A stretch of DNA of 64,000 nucleotides from an uncultured Methanomassiliicoccales archaeon (GCA_963732855.1 CAVTBB010000002.1:336632-400631); one strand, 5' to 3'. Numbered from the stretch's first letter, positions 40,611 through 50,977 are shown. A program made the numbers and translations. Notes: generated by a model from the letters alone, not told the origin.

Positions 40611-41003
40611 TTAGCGGAGCCAGACCAGCTCTTCCTTGGTCTTGTTGGCTACGTTCTGAATTCTGGCGAGCATGCTCTCGTCAGTGACGTCCCTGTCGCA
40701 TGTTAGTGCGATCATCAGGCTCTGAGACAGCTCCCAGACGAATATCTTTTTGGTCTTGTAGACACCAATGACGTACTCCAGTTTATCCTTCTTAGGCTCC
40801 ACCCTAGAAGCCTCGGCAGAACTGAATATGACCGAGATCATCGCGGAGAACATCTCTGGCTTTGCTGGCAATCTGCTTGGGTCCCCTGTGATGATGAGGC
40901 CGCTTTTCGATACGACCGAGACACTCTCGATCTTCTGGTCCGTGCCGAACTCAGCGTTGATTATTTCGTCGAGGACGTTCTCGACCGATTTCGTTCCCTG
41001 CAT
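40611..41003 (-). CDS. Roadblock/LC7-domain protein
   Basis: IESVSVVSKSGLII, FSAMISVI..SAE helix, beta-beta-beta-alpha C-terminus; about 130 aa. Confidence 0.7.
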   Translation of the reverse strand: MQGTKSVENVLDEIINAEFGTDQKIESVSVVSKSGLIITGDPSRLPAKPEMFSAMISVIFSSAEASRVEPKKDKLEYVIGVYKTKKIFVWELSQSLMIALTCDRDVTDESMLARIQNVANKTKEELVWLR

Positions 41004-41141
41004 CGTATACCTCCTAAAATTTTACCCTAGACCCTGTCACAATCGAATACCATATCCTGTTTCCATTTAATATGTTTCCGTCATCAGTGTCATTTATAGA
41101 AAACACACTGGAGAACTCTTATTATCTCCAGCCTTGATTCG

Positions 41142-41684
41142 ATGGACGACAAAATGACCTTGATCGTGATCGCAGGGATGCCCGGAGCGGGGAAGGAAGA
41201 GTTCGTTGTGGTTGCCCTTTCTAATGGATACCAAGTGGTCAGGATGGGAGACGTAGTGAGGGAGTTCGCCTCCAAGACATCCGTCGGAGTGGGAGACAAG
41301 GGGGTGGGCGGGTTCGCAAACGAAGAACGCCAGAAGTATGGCTATGACATATGGGCTAAAAGATGCTTGGACCGAGTAAGATCGGAAAGGACCATCATTG
41401 ACGGGTCGCGAGGGGTGATGGAGATGAAGGTATACCATGACCGGTTCGGGGAAGGCATTCGCTTGGTAGCGATCCACTCCTCACCCTCGACCAGATATCC
41501 GCGGCTGATCGGGCGGGGACGGGAAGATGCTCCGAAAAACAAGGAGGAGTTCGAAGCCAGGGACGAACGAGAGCTGTCCTGGGGGCTTGGTTCGCTCATT
41601 GCATTGGCGGACGTGATGATCGTCAACGAAGGATCTTTGGAAGGTTTCAAATCAAGCTGTGCCAAAGTGATAGACTCGATCTAA
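41142..41684 (+). CDS. UPF0200/archaeal dephospho-CoA-kinase-like P-loop kinase
   Basis: AGMPGAGK, MGDVVRE, IDG.RG, R..RGREDAP, RD.REL.WGLG. Confidence 0.8.
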   Translation: MDDKMTLIVIAGMPGAGKEEFVVVALSNGYQVVRMGDVVREFASKTSVGVGDKGVGGFANEERQKYGYDIWAKRCLDRVRSERTIIDGSRGVMEMKVYHDRFGEGIRLVAIHSSPSTRYPRLIGRGREDAPKNKEEFEARDERELSWGLGSLIALADVMIVNEGSLEGFKSSCAKVIDSI

Positions 41685-41953
41685 TGAAGTTCAAGGTTGT
41701 TCGTATCTGCGGCTCTGAGGCTAACACGGTGCTTCCTGAGGAACGAATCACGTTCGATCTTAAGCGGTCAGCAACGATCCTGCAGGACTTGGGTTTCACT
41801 GTTTCAAATCGGGAGGTCATGCTCCTGGCGACCAAGGACGGGATCGAGGTATCGATCTACCGAACCGGGCGGATGGTCATTCATCCGGCGGAGAAGGAGA
41901 GAGCAAGGGAGATGGCGGATATTTTCTACAGAACACTGGCCCGTTCTGAGTGA
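41684..41953 (+). CDS. Small hypothetical protein, paralog A
   Basis: 89 aa; clearly similar to the next ORF. Confidence 0.65.
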   Translation: MKFKVVRICGSEANTVLPEERITFDLKRSATILQDLGFTVSNREVMLLATKDGIEVSIYRTGRMVIHPAEKERAREMADIFYRTLARSE

Positions 41954-41994
41954 GACGATGCTTTCAATAGGCGGTCCTCGATAGGTGGGGCAAG

Positions 41995-42264
41995 ATGAGA
42001 TTCCGAATAATCCGGATATGCAAATCTGATGCGATGTCCGCTGTCCCCCAGTCGCCGATAAGATTCGACCTTGAAAAATCGTCAGACTCGCTTCGGAACA
42101 ACGGTTACGAGGTCCAGGAGAACCCGGTCATGGTCATCGCCATGAAGGACGAGATAGAGGTCACGTTATATATGAACGGGAGATTGCTGGTGACCCCGGC
42201 GACCGACAAGGATGCGGTCCGGGAGTTGGCAGAAACATTCTACTCCCACCTGGTTCTAGAATGA
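41995..42264 (+). CDS. Small hypothetical protein, paralog B
   Basis: 89 aa; shares F..IRIC...A..P...I.FDL..S...L...G..V...EV..Y..GR....P with paralog A. Confidence 0.65.
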   Translation: MRFRIIRICKSDAMSAVPQSPIRFDLEKSSDSLRNNGYEVQENPVMVIAMKDEIEVTLYMNGRLLVTPATDKDAVRELAETFYSHLVLE

Positions 42265-42283
42265 TTATGTCTCGCCGGTCGAA

Positions 42284-42649
42284 TCACTGGCTGGTCTGGT
42301 GGTTTGTAGTGGTAGAGCCGCTATCTGGATTCAGCTTCAGGTCAAAGCTGCTCTTTCCACCATCCTTGAATTCCGTCGTAAGGACCATCCGGCTATCGTT
42401 TATGATCAGCGACATGCGTTCCATGTTGGACGAGTACGTTCTATTTCGTTTGTTTGATCCAATTCCCTTCAGCAACCCCAATTTCTCCAGGTCCTTAATG
42501 CGCCTATAGCACTTGACCTGCGGTATTTTAAGTACTTCACAGAGCTCTCTCACCCCTCTTGGATTGGTATAGGTAAGAGCTAGTATCTTCGCGGCATCGG
42601 CGTCAAGCGCTAATTCCGCAAGGTCAAACCCCACGGCCTTCGATTCCAT
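42284..42649 (-). CDS. Winged-helix HTH protein
   Basis: ELCEVLKIPQVKCYRRIKDLEKLGLL HTH pattern; divergent from the large surface protein. Confidence 0.7.
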   Translation of the reverse strand: MESKAVGFDLAELALDADAAKILALTYTNPRGVRELCEVLKIPQVKCYRRIKDLEKLGLLKGIGSNKRNRTYSSNMERMSLIINDSRMVLTTEFKDGGKSSFDLKLNPDSGSTTTNHQTSQ

Positions 42650-42895
42650 CAAAACAATTAACGGGCCGGATTATATATCATCATTTACTCAAGATTCTCC
42701 CGACTGATAGTGATAATAGACAAATTTCCTGACCATCCAGCAGGGTTTTGTGAATGAATATTTCACTCGGCCACCGATAATATAGAATCTAGAATCGGTA
42801 ATCCCCCATCAGTGGACCCGATTTGCACCTAGCGGAATTTAAGAGCAATTATATATGCACAATCACATTCATTTTTCCTGCACGGAGGGGATGGC

Positions 42896-45800
42896 GTGAG
42901 AAAAACATTGAGCGTTGTAGCACTAACGGTGTTTGCTGCAGCTCTAATGACAATTTCTCCATTTCTTTGTGCCATTGAAGGGAATGGCCAAACAACCAAC
43001 GGCACTTCTAATCCATCACCATTATCGAATGTCGGTCTGGTCGATGGCGACCCATTATTCGCCAAGCTCTCGACCACCCTTCAGACCAGGGCCAATCCAA
43101 GTTGTATGGCCGTCGCGGATCTGAACAATGACGATCTTCTGGACATTGCTGTTGGATATTCGAACAATAAGAGTCTTGATATATTCTTTCAAACTCAGAG
43201 TGGAAACTTCACCTTGAGAAGTCCAGGAATGACCCTCCCTTCACCGGTGTCATCCCTCGCGACGGGAGACATGGACAATGACGGCCAAGCAGACCTGATA
43301 TTGGGATACGACAGATACGTGGTAATCCTGTACCAGGCATCTTCGTTTTCCGTGGCTGGGGAATGGATTCGGACAGTCACTTACAAGGTTCATGGTTTGT
43401 CCATAGCCGATTTCGATAAAAACGGAAGATCTGACATTGCGGTCCTTCACACTCGCGACACCTCAATAGAAACAGCGAAAATCGACATGTTGTATGAGGA
43501 TGGATCTGGAGATTATTACACAGAATTCTCGTCTTCCATACCTGGAATGGATAGGCCCCGATCAATAAGTCTCGGAGACTTTGACAACAATGGTTTCATC
43601 GATATTGTAGTAGCCGATGAGAATAAAGGAATTGTTGCACCATACATTAATGACAATGCTTCACAAGAATGGGATGCGGCCCCTCAAATTTCAATCTCGG
43701 AGCCGGTTGGAATCAAGATAGGAAAATTCGATAGCTCAAACCTATTCGAACTGGCAATCGCCTCACGAGGAACGTTCACCAATCATGTGGAGATCTGGAA
43801 GTTCACTTCCCCTACAGCTCCATTTATATCCATTAAAACCACAACGAATGTCGATGGCGTTAACGGTTTCATCGATTATGACATGAACGACGATCCCTAC
43901 AGAGACATCGCCATCTCATCTAATTCTTCCTCCAGGATCAGCATATTCAATTCCCCGGCGAACCCGGGAACGGCCTATCCCTCAACCACCCAAGCGATCA
44001 TACCAGCAGGTTACGAGATCATCTCAATGCTCGGCAGTGACATCAATCATGACAATGTGGAAGACCTCGTTGTGAGCTCGAAAAGCTACGGGATCAACGG
44101 ATCGATCTCCATCTACTACCGAGTGGGTTCAGGAATATCGAACGCTAACGACAATGTGTTCCCATCTGCCACGAACCAGTCGGGTCTTGTAACGGGTGAT
44201 TATAACGCGGATGGAAGGATCGAGGTCGGTACGCTTGATAACACCGCAAGACGGCTGGTCTTTGTCGAGACCACGAGCCTGATTGCCTCGTACAAGACCT
44301 TCGATTATAGTGCTTCAAGAATCGTTTCAGGTCCATTGAAGACCCCGACCTCCTCGGATATCGTTGTCCTTCATCCCGATGACAACAAGATCAGCATCTA
44401 TCTCGGCGGATCTTCCTTCTTCAGTTCACAGGCCCCTTCATTAGTGATAAGTACTGGAGCGAACGCACCTAGATCGGTAGCGTTGGGAGATGTCAATGGA
44501 GATGGAAGGACCGATATCGTGATCGGTTGCCACGATGGAATCTTGATCCTGAACAACACCGGTTCGAACCCCTATTTCGCCAGCAACAAGAACATTACCA
44601 TCAGCCAGCCGGGTGCGGATTTCATATGGGTCGGCGTAGGGGATTACAACAACGGGGCCGAGGAAAATGAGCAGGCGCCAAAGCTCAATGACATTTTCGG
44701 TGCCTATCAGGATCTTAACCGAGTCATAATCTATTTCCAGCAAGACCAGCCCGTCAGGTTCACACCGATTAACAACCTCATTCTCGTCCCGGCCACCACG
44801 GGCAAGATCGTCTGGGCGGGCACGGGACATATCAACAATGATGGCCTTTCCGATATTGTGATAGGGCTCTCGACCAATCGATCGGTGACCTATCTTCAGA
44901 ATAATGCATACTCCAAAGGTTTCTCTAACTCGAGCGCCACGGACAAGGTTAACATTCCATCCCCGTATGGTTTCAGATATGCAAGTATCGGTGATCTTAA
45001 CGATGACGGCCTGGATGAGCTCGCCATAGCAGGATCTAAGGTGAATGTCATAACCGTATTTGGTTGGAAGCAGGGAAGGTACGTCCCATTCACCAACATG
45101 ACGACCGGGGCTGGAAGAGCTGTTTGCCTGGTTTCCGATCTTGATGGAGACAAGCGGAGTGATCTGATCGCCTCGTCCGAAGGTTCAGGCTCGATCTCGT
45201 TCCTGTACCAGAGGAATATGGCACCGAAGGCGGGCTTTTCAATAATGCCAGTCTCCCCCCATGAGACCGAAATAACCACTTTCGATGCCTCCAGCACAAC
45301 CGACGGCATCTCGGATATGAGTTCTATTAGTTATGCGTGGCTTTTTGATGGTACGATCGTCAAAACCGGCAAGACCGTAACTCACAGCTTCATGTTCAAC
45401 AGCCATTTCCGAACGCATACCGTCAAGCTCACGGTACAGGACCGCAACGGGTTATCCAATGTTTCCTCACAGGTCGTCATGGTCGAAGACGTGAAACCTG
45501 TTGCCAACTTTTACTTCAATCCGTCATCTCCGATAGAGGCCCAGCAGATCCATTTCACGGATGCTTCATCCTCCGTTACAGACACCATAATCCAATGGCT
45601 ATGGGACTTCGGGGATGGCAGCCCATCTTCCACTGACCGGAATCCTGTCCACACCTTCTATTTCAACCACTCATACGCGGTCAAACTGCGGGTGATCGAG
45701 GCCGATGGGAGCATGGAGAACTGCACCAAGATAGTTAACATGACCGATCGGCCCCCCCAGGTCAGCTTCATCACAACTGGCACCATGGTCGAGAACAGCA

Positions 45801-48800
45801 GCGTCTCCTTCACAGACGCCAGCAACTCGTTCGATGACACAATACTCTGGCGTGAGTGGGATTTCGGAGATGGCACGGCCAAAGTGAACACCAGCTTGGC
45901 CACTGTCAGTCACAAGTTCCATTATAGCGGTGCCTATTCGGTCACGCTGAGGATAGGGGACGACGACCACGCGATCAACCGGACGGTCAAACTCCTCAGT
46001 ATCGCTGACATCCTTCCGACCGCGAACTTCAATCCGAACGTTTTAACTATCTTGGAGAACGGCACCGTCCACTTCACCGACCGCTCGACCACATACTACA
46101 AGGACCACATTGTGGAATGGAGCTGGTCTTTCGGAGACGGATCAAGCGCCATCACGCACAACCCAGATCACCGCTATCAGTACAATGGAAGCTACCAGGT
46201 GAACCTGACCGTAAGATGCAATGACAGCTCCAGCTGGAGCGCTGTGCATTCCACCACGATCATCGTTGAGGATATTCCGCCAGCATCCAATTTCATCGTT
46301 AACGACCTGTCACCCTTGGAGAATGTGACGGTCAGCTTTGTTGACACCTCTTCCCATTATGACCCGATCATCTCCTGGCATTGGGACTTCGGGGATGGCA
46401 GCTTCAGCACGACCCAGAACCCGACCCACAAGTTCCTCCGAAATGGGACCTATCAGGTCATTCTGACGGTCACCGATTCTGACCAAGTGGCCAGCTCACC
46501 CAAGACTGTCAACATTGTCGTCCAGGATCTAAATCCAACGGCGCTGATCGAAATTCCGTGGGGAGCCAACCTGGAAGGGGACTCCATCCAATTCTTTGAC
46601 CGGTCCTTCTCATACGACCCGATCGACAAATGGTCATGGGACTTTGGCGACGGATTTTCCTCCAATGACCGCGACCCGGTGCACACCTATCGGCACTATG
46701 GGACGTACCAAGTCACTTTGAAGGTGTGGGACGGGGACAACCACTCAGCGAGCAGCACGTACACTGTTGAGATCACCATCCAAGATCGCGACCCCCGGGC
46801 ATCTTTCGACTTCACCACCGGAAGATATGAGAACACCACTGTCTGGTTCAATGAGACAGCCAACCCTTGGTTCGACCACATCGATAACTGGACCTGGGAC
46901 TTCGGGGACGGATCGGCTGTCGTATACACCAGAAATGCGTCCCATATCTATTCCCAGAACGGAACATACACGGTCAAGCTGACTGTGGTGGATAACAATT
47001 CCAAGACCAACATGGTGGCATCGAGCGTCACGGTCCTCGATTGCACTCCAATCTTAATCTTCAGTTTCCCCGAAGGCGTCTATGAGAACGAGACCGGATG
47101 GGTGAACTTCTTCAGCGCGTGTTATTCGCTTTATCCATCTGGTGATCCTATCGTCTATTGGGAATGGGATTTCGGGGACGGGATCAAGAACCTGTCCCAA
47201 GCAGCATCCCATTTGTTCCCATTGGCGGGCGATCACAGCGTCACCCTTCGCGTCAGGGACCTTGATGACAGACATACGACCAATCTTACCAAGACCATCC
47301 ATGTGATCAGCCTGGTACCGACCGCGGCCATCATGCCGATCGAAGGAGACTGGATCGAGGATGACAACGTCGTCCATTTCACCGATCTGTCCACTGCATA
47401 TAGGCTCGACCCGATCGTACAATGGTCATGGGATTTCGGGGACGGGTCGAGCAGTTCGGACAGGAACCCAGATCATTCCTATCAATGGGCGGGGACCTAT
47501 GTGGTCGGCCTGACAGTCACGGACTTGGACGGCGACCACTCAACCAGGACGACCGCCACGGTCAGGATAGGGCATGCGATACCGACCGCCTCTGTCCTAG
47601 TCATCACACCGAGGCCCTATGTCGTGGGCGATACGGTCACCTTCCAAAGCACCTCCACCGCAAGTCCGGACCATATCGCCCGGTTGCTCTGGGAATCGGA
47701 CGGGGACTCTGGCGACCAGAGCGTCTTCAGGCACCAATTCAATGCCAACAGTAACTTCTGGGTCAAACTGACCGTCTGGTCCAACGACAGTATCGAGAAT
47801 ACGACCACTGCCTTCGTCAATCTGGAACCGTCGGATGTCTCCATCGGCACCGCGGACGGCTCGACGAACAACCTGTATGTGGAGGACACCGCCGTGACCT
47901 TTGTGGTGGCCGCGACCAGATCGCCGACCGACCCCATCGTCAGCTATGTCTGGGACCTTTCGTTCGGAACAGGGTTTGTAGCCCAACCCCCGCGCACCGA
48001 GAACTCGATAACCTGGCATTTCAACCAATCAGGTTCCTACCTGGTCAAGGTGCGGGTATACGACACCGACGGATACACCGAGGCCCACAGGCAAATCAAC
48101 ATATTCGAGTCGGACCCGACCCCCGCATTCAACTGCGGCAATCTGAACTCCGAGGGACCGGTATGGTTCAACGCCAACCAAACCCATGATACACCCAGTG
48201 ACGTTTCCTTGCTCAGATTCCGGTGGAACTACGGAGATAGCTCCCCCTGGAGCGAGTGGAGCTCCGACGCCACCACAAGCCATAACTATCCCGGGGATGG
48301 CAACTACACGACGATCATGCAGGTCAAGGATGATTCAGGCAAGATCGTGGCCCTTACACGATCGGTCGTGGTCGACAGGTCGCCACCAAAGATCGAGATC
48401 TCCTCGCCCATTTCAAAAGCTTACATCGGTGATCCAATCTTCGTTTACGCGAACGTGACCGACCTGATCGGGGTCGAGAAGGTCGTCCTTATCTATACTG
48501 TCGGCAATCAAACCTTCGAAGTGGAGATGACGCGGGCCAACCAGGCGGGTTCCTTTGTGGCGGAGATACCGGCGCAGAACCGTTCGGTCAACCTGTCATA
48601 TGCAATCTCGGCGGTCGACGTGTCCGGGATGCAATCGCCGCTCTCACAATCGTTCCAGATAGTACTTTCGCAGCGCCCGACCCTGGACATGATGTGGGCT
48701 TTCGCGGTGTTGCTAATGAGCATCGTTTCAGCCCTACTGGTCGTTGCCTTCGTCACCAAACCGGTGGTGGACGAGGTGTTCGTCATCTATCATGATGGGT

Positions 48801-49171
48801 CGCTGCTCAGCCACCATACCAGGCACCTCAAGCCGAGCATGGATGACCAGATCCTCGGTTCCATGCTGATCGCCCTGCAATCGTTCGTCAAGGACTCGTT
48901 CAAGGACGAGTCGATGACCGATCTGAAACGTATGGAGTTCGGTGACAAGAGGATACTGGTGGAGCGCGAAGGCCCAATATTCCTGGCAGTCATCCTACGC
49001 GGCAAGAGGGACGGAAAGGCCACTCGCGAGATGAAATACTCCCTGGATGGGATCAACCACCGTTTCGGCGAGATGCTCAACCCGTGGGACGGCGACCTGG
49101 AGAAGGTCAGGGGAGTAAAGGACATGGTCAAGCCGCTGGTCAAGCGCAAAGGCCTCTTCAGGGATAAGTGA
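42896..49171 (+). CDS. Large cell-surface protein: signal peptide, about 14 FG-GAP/VCBS repeats, about 12 PKD domains, Ig-like domain, TM helix, cytoplasmic longin-like domain
   Basis: Repeated (G)D(F/L)NxDGxxDI motifs; repeated WDFGDG motifs; hydrophobic WAFAVLLMSIVSALLVVAFV followed by a C-terminal globular domain of about 135 aa. Confidence 0.85.
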   Translation: MRKTLSVVALTVFAAALMTISPFLCAIEGNGQTTNGTSNPSPLSNVGLVDGDPLFAKLSTTLQTRANPSCMAVADLNNDDLLDIAVGYSNNKSLDIFFQTQSGNFTLRSPGMTLPSPVSSLATGDMDNDGQADLILGYDRYVVILYQASSFSVAGEWIRTVTYKVHGLSIADFDKNGRSDIAVLHTRDTSIETAKIDMLYEDGSGDYYTEFSSSIPGMDRPRSISLGDFDNNGFIDIVVADENKGIVAPYINDNASQEWDAAPQISISEPVGIKIGKFDSSNLFELAIASRGTFTNHVEIWKFTSPTAPFISIKTTTNVDGVNGFIDYDMNDDPYRDIAISSNSSSRISIFNSPANPGTAYPSTTQAIIPAGYEIISMLGSDINHDNVEDLVVSSKSYGINGSISIYYRVGSGISNANDNVFPSATNQSGLVTGDYNADGRIEVGTLDNTARRLVFVETTSLIASYKTFDYSASRIVSGPLKTPTSSDIVVLHPDDNKISIYLGGSSFFSSQAPSLVISTGANAPRSVALGDVNGDGRTDIVIGCHDGILILNNTGSNPYFASNKNITISQPGADFIWVGVGDYNNGAEENEQAPKLNDIFGAYQDLNRVIIYFQQDQPVRFTPINNLILVPATTGKIVWAGTGHINNDGLSDIVIGLSTNRSVTYLQNNAYSKGFSNSSATDKVNIPSPYGFRYASIGDLNDDGLDELAIAGSKVNVITVFGWKQGRYVPFTNMTTGAGRAVCLVSDLDGDKRSDLIASSEGSGSISFLYQRNMAPKAGFSIMPVSPHETEITTFDASSTTDGISDMSSISYAWLFDGTIVKTGKTVTHSFMFNSHFRTHTVKLTVQDRNGLSNVSSQVVMVEDVKPVANFYFNPSSPIEAQQIHFTDASSSVTDTIIQWLWDFGDGSPSSTDRNPVHTFYFNHSYAVKLRVIEADGSMENCTKIVNMTDRPPQVSFITTGTMVENSSVSFTDASNSFDDTILWREWDFGDGTAKVNTSLATVSHKFHYSGAYSVTLRIGDDDHAINRTVKLLSIADILPTANFNPNVLTILENGTVHFTDRSTTYYKDHIVEWSWSFGDGSSAITHNPDHRYQYNGSYQVNLTVRCNDSSSWSAVHSTTIIVEDIPPASNFIVNDLSPLENVTVSFVDTSSHYDPIISWHWDFGDGSFSTTQNPTHKFLRNGTYQVILTVTDSDQVASSPKTVNIVVQDLNPTALIEIPWGANLEGDSIQFFDRSFSYDPIDKWSWDFGDGFSSNDRDPVHTYRHYGTYQVTLKVWDGDNHSASSTYTVEITIQDRDPRASFDFTTGRYENTTVWFNETANPWFDHIDNWTWDFGDGSAVVYTRNASHIYSQNGTYTVKLTVVDNNSKTNMVASSVTVLDCTPILIFSFPEGVYENETGWVNFFSACYSLYPSGDPIVYWEWDFGDGIKNLSQAASHLFPLAGDHSVTLRVRDLDDRHTTNLTKTIHVISLVPTAAIMPIEGDWIEDDNVVHFTDLSTAYRLDPIVQWSWDFGDGSSSSDRNPDHSYQWAGTYVVGLTVTDLDGDHSTRTTATVRIGHAIPTASVLVITPRPYVVGDTVTFQSTSTASPDHIARLLWESDGDSGDQSVFRHQFNANSNFWVKLTVWSNDSIENTTTAFVNLEPSDVSIGTADGSTNNLYVEDTAVTFVVAATRSPTDPIVSYVWDLSFGTGFVAQPPRTENSITWHFNQSGSYLVKVRVYDTDGYTEAHRQINIFESDPTPAFNCGNLNSEGPVWFNANQTHDTPSDVSLLRFRWNYGDSSPWSEWSSDATTSHNYPGDGNYTTIMQVKDDSGKIVALTRSVVVDRSPPKIEISSPISKAYIGDPIFVYANVTDLIGVEKVVLIYTVGNQTFEVEMTRANQAGSFVAEIPAQNRSVNLSYAISAVDVSGMQSPLSQSFQIVLSQRPTLDMMWAFAVLLMSIVSALLVVAFVTKPVVDEVFVIYHDGSLLSHHTRHLKPSMDDQILGSMLIALQSFVKDSFKDESMTDLKRMEFGDKRILVEREGPIFLAVILRGKRDGKATREMKYSLDGINHRFGEMLNPWDGDLEKVRGVKDMVKPLVKRKGLFRDK

Positions 49172-49212
49172 GGGCCGCAGGTAACCAGTTTATATCTTCA
49201 AAACATTGGGAC

Positions 49213-49950
49213 ATGGCAATGTCGGTCATTGAGAACCTGGCGATAGTGTTAGCATTATGCGCGATACTGTCGCTGATCTCCTACAAGTTCGGGTTGCTGA
49301 CGCCCAGCGGCAGTGCGGCCTCGTTCATCATGGGAGTCGTGATCGGAGTGTTCGGCTCGATCAACTGGCTGATCATGCTGATCGCGTTCGCCCTGGCTGG
49401 CTTCGTAGTGACGCGGTATAAGATCGACGTCAAGATGAAGAACGGTCTGCAGGAGGGCAGCAAGGGCGAGAGGACATACAAGAATGTCTTCGCCAACGCT
49501 CTCGTGCCGGCGCTGATCGCGGTGATATCATACGCTGTGGGGATGCAGAACCGCGATATCGCCGCGCTTGCCTATCTCTGTTCCATAAGCGTGGCCGCCG
49601 CCGATACCATCGCCAGTGAGCTTGGGGTGCTCAGCCCACACGTCCGCCTGATCACCAATCTCAAAAAGGTGCCGGCCGGCACTGACGGCGGCATCTCCAT
49701 GTATGGGACTTTCTGGGCCATCATGGCGGCGCTTTTCTGTTCCCTCGCGGGTTGGGTCGTGCTCTTCCCCGGGACGGCCATAGACGCACGAGTGTTTGTG
49801 CCGATATTCATGGGCGTCTTCGGCTGCATGGTGGATTCGTTGATCGGGGCAACCTTCGAGACCTGGAAGATGGTAGATAAGCTCGGTAACAATGTCTCCT
49901 CTATGGCTATCGGGACATTGGCCGGCGTTTTGGTCCTCCTCTTCATCTAA
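49213..49950 (+). CDS. DUF92/TMEM19-family membrane protein
   Basis: R.YKNVFAN, AAADTIASELG, T.GGIS..GT, VDSLIGATFE. Confidence 0.85.
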   Translation: MAMSVIENLAIVLALCAILSLISYKFGLLTPSGSAASFIMGVVIGVFGSINWLIMLIAFALAGFVVTRYKIDVKMKNGLQEGSKGERTYKNVFANALVPALIAVISYAVGMQNRDIAALAYLCSISVAAADTIASELGVLSPHVRLITNLKKVPAGTDGGISMYGTFWAIMAALFCSLAGWVVLFPGTAIDARVFVPIFMGVFGCMVDSLIGATFETWKMVDKLGNNVSSMAIGTLAGVLVLLFI

Positions 49951-50010
49951 AGGAGCGGGACATCAATTATCTAGTTAACACCTCGATGACCAACAGGGTG
50001 GAGATGGTGG

Positions 50011-50517
50011 ATGCAGATCGAGATTAGGCCGGGTTTGCTCGTTTTCGTAAAGGGCAAAGGGGAGGATAGGGTCCGTGAGCTGATGACCAGTCTTAGATCT
50101 GCTGGATACCGGATCATGGCCGTCTCATCACGTCAATCTCAAGTAGTGATGGACGACTTGAAGGCACCTATCGGATGCGTCCTGACCTTGACCGAGACGG
50201 TCGGTCAATATTGCCTGGACCCACAGAACCTGATGGTGCTGACTGATACCATCACCAAGTTCATCGAGCGGGGAGGGCCCTCAGCCTTCCTGATTGAGGA
50301 TCTCGGATTGCTGAAGCAGAAGAATGACTTCCCCAAGGTGCTGCGGATGGTAGGTCATCTCAAGGAATCTTTGGCCATTAACCGGGGCATCGGTATCGCC
50401 ACCATCGACCCTCAATCGTGGGAGGAGAATGAACTAGCGCATTTTGGGAAGGAAGGGTGTATCGTAGAGGAGAAGGACCGCCTGGGAATGAAGTTCCAGC
50501 AGTCCGCGGACCATTAG
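50011..50517 (+). CDS. DUF835-like protein
   Basis: LDPQNL..LTDTITKFI, FLIEDL..L...NDF..VLRMV.HLKE pattern. Confidence 0.6.
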   Translation: MQIEIRPGLLVFVKGKGEDRVRELMTSLRSAGYRIMAVSSRQSQVVMDDLKAPIGCVLTLTETVGQYCLDPQNLMVLTDTITKFIERGGPSAFLIEDLGLLKQKNDFPKVLRMVGHLKESLAINRGIGIATIDPQSWEENELAHFGKEGCIVEEKDRLGMKFQQSADH

Positions 50518-50573
50518 AATGGCCCCCACCCCAGAATGTTTAAATACGACCGTTTGCTTCGGTGGCTTAAGAA

Positions 50574-50698
50574 TGGTATGACGGCCAAAGAGGCGGGGAT
50601 ACGCCTGGTCTCATCCGAACCCAGAAGCTAAGCCTGCCGTCGTTCGGCGCTGTACTGTGGTGCGCGAGCCCACGGGAACCTCCGAAAGCTGTCAGCCA
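50574..50698 (+). rRNA. rrf: 5S rRNA, copy 1
   Basis: Helix I TGACGGC/GCTGTCA, CTCATCCGAACCCAGAAGCTAAGC conserved 5S segment, upstream TTAAATAC TATA box, T-rich 3' end. Confidence 0.95.
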
Positions 50699-50852
50699 TT
50701 CTTATTTTATCAATATCTTGGTCTCAGTGCAGCCTTCATTGGACGACCCGGATCACGAACGGAGGATGTGATTCGACCACCTCAAAAAGGCATCTGGATT
50801 TTCCCATGGGGAAAAATATTAAATACGATGTTTGCGTGACGGGAATTAAGAA

Positions 50853-50977
50853 TGGTATGACGGCCAAAGAGGCGGGGATACGCCTGGTCTCATCCGAACC
50901 CAGAAGCTAAGCCTGCCGTCGTTCGGCGCTGTACTGTGGTGCGCGAGCCCACGGGAACCTCCGAAAGCTGTCAGCCA
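50853..50977 (+). rRNA. rrf: 5S rRNA, copy 2 (identical)
   Basis: Same 125-nt sequence as copy 1, with its own TTAAATAC TATA box upstream. Confidence 0.95.
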
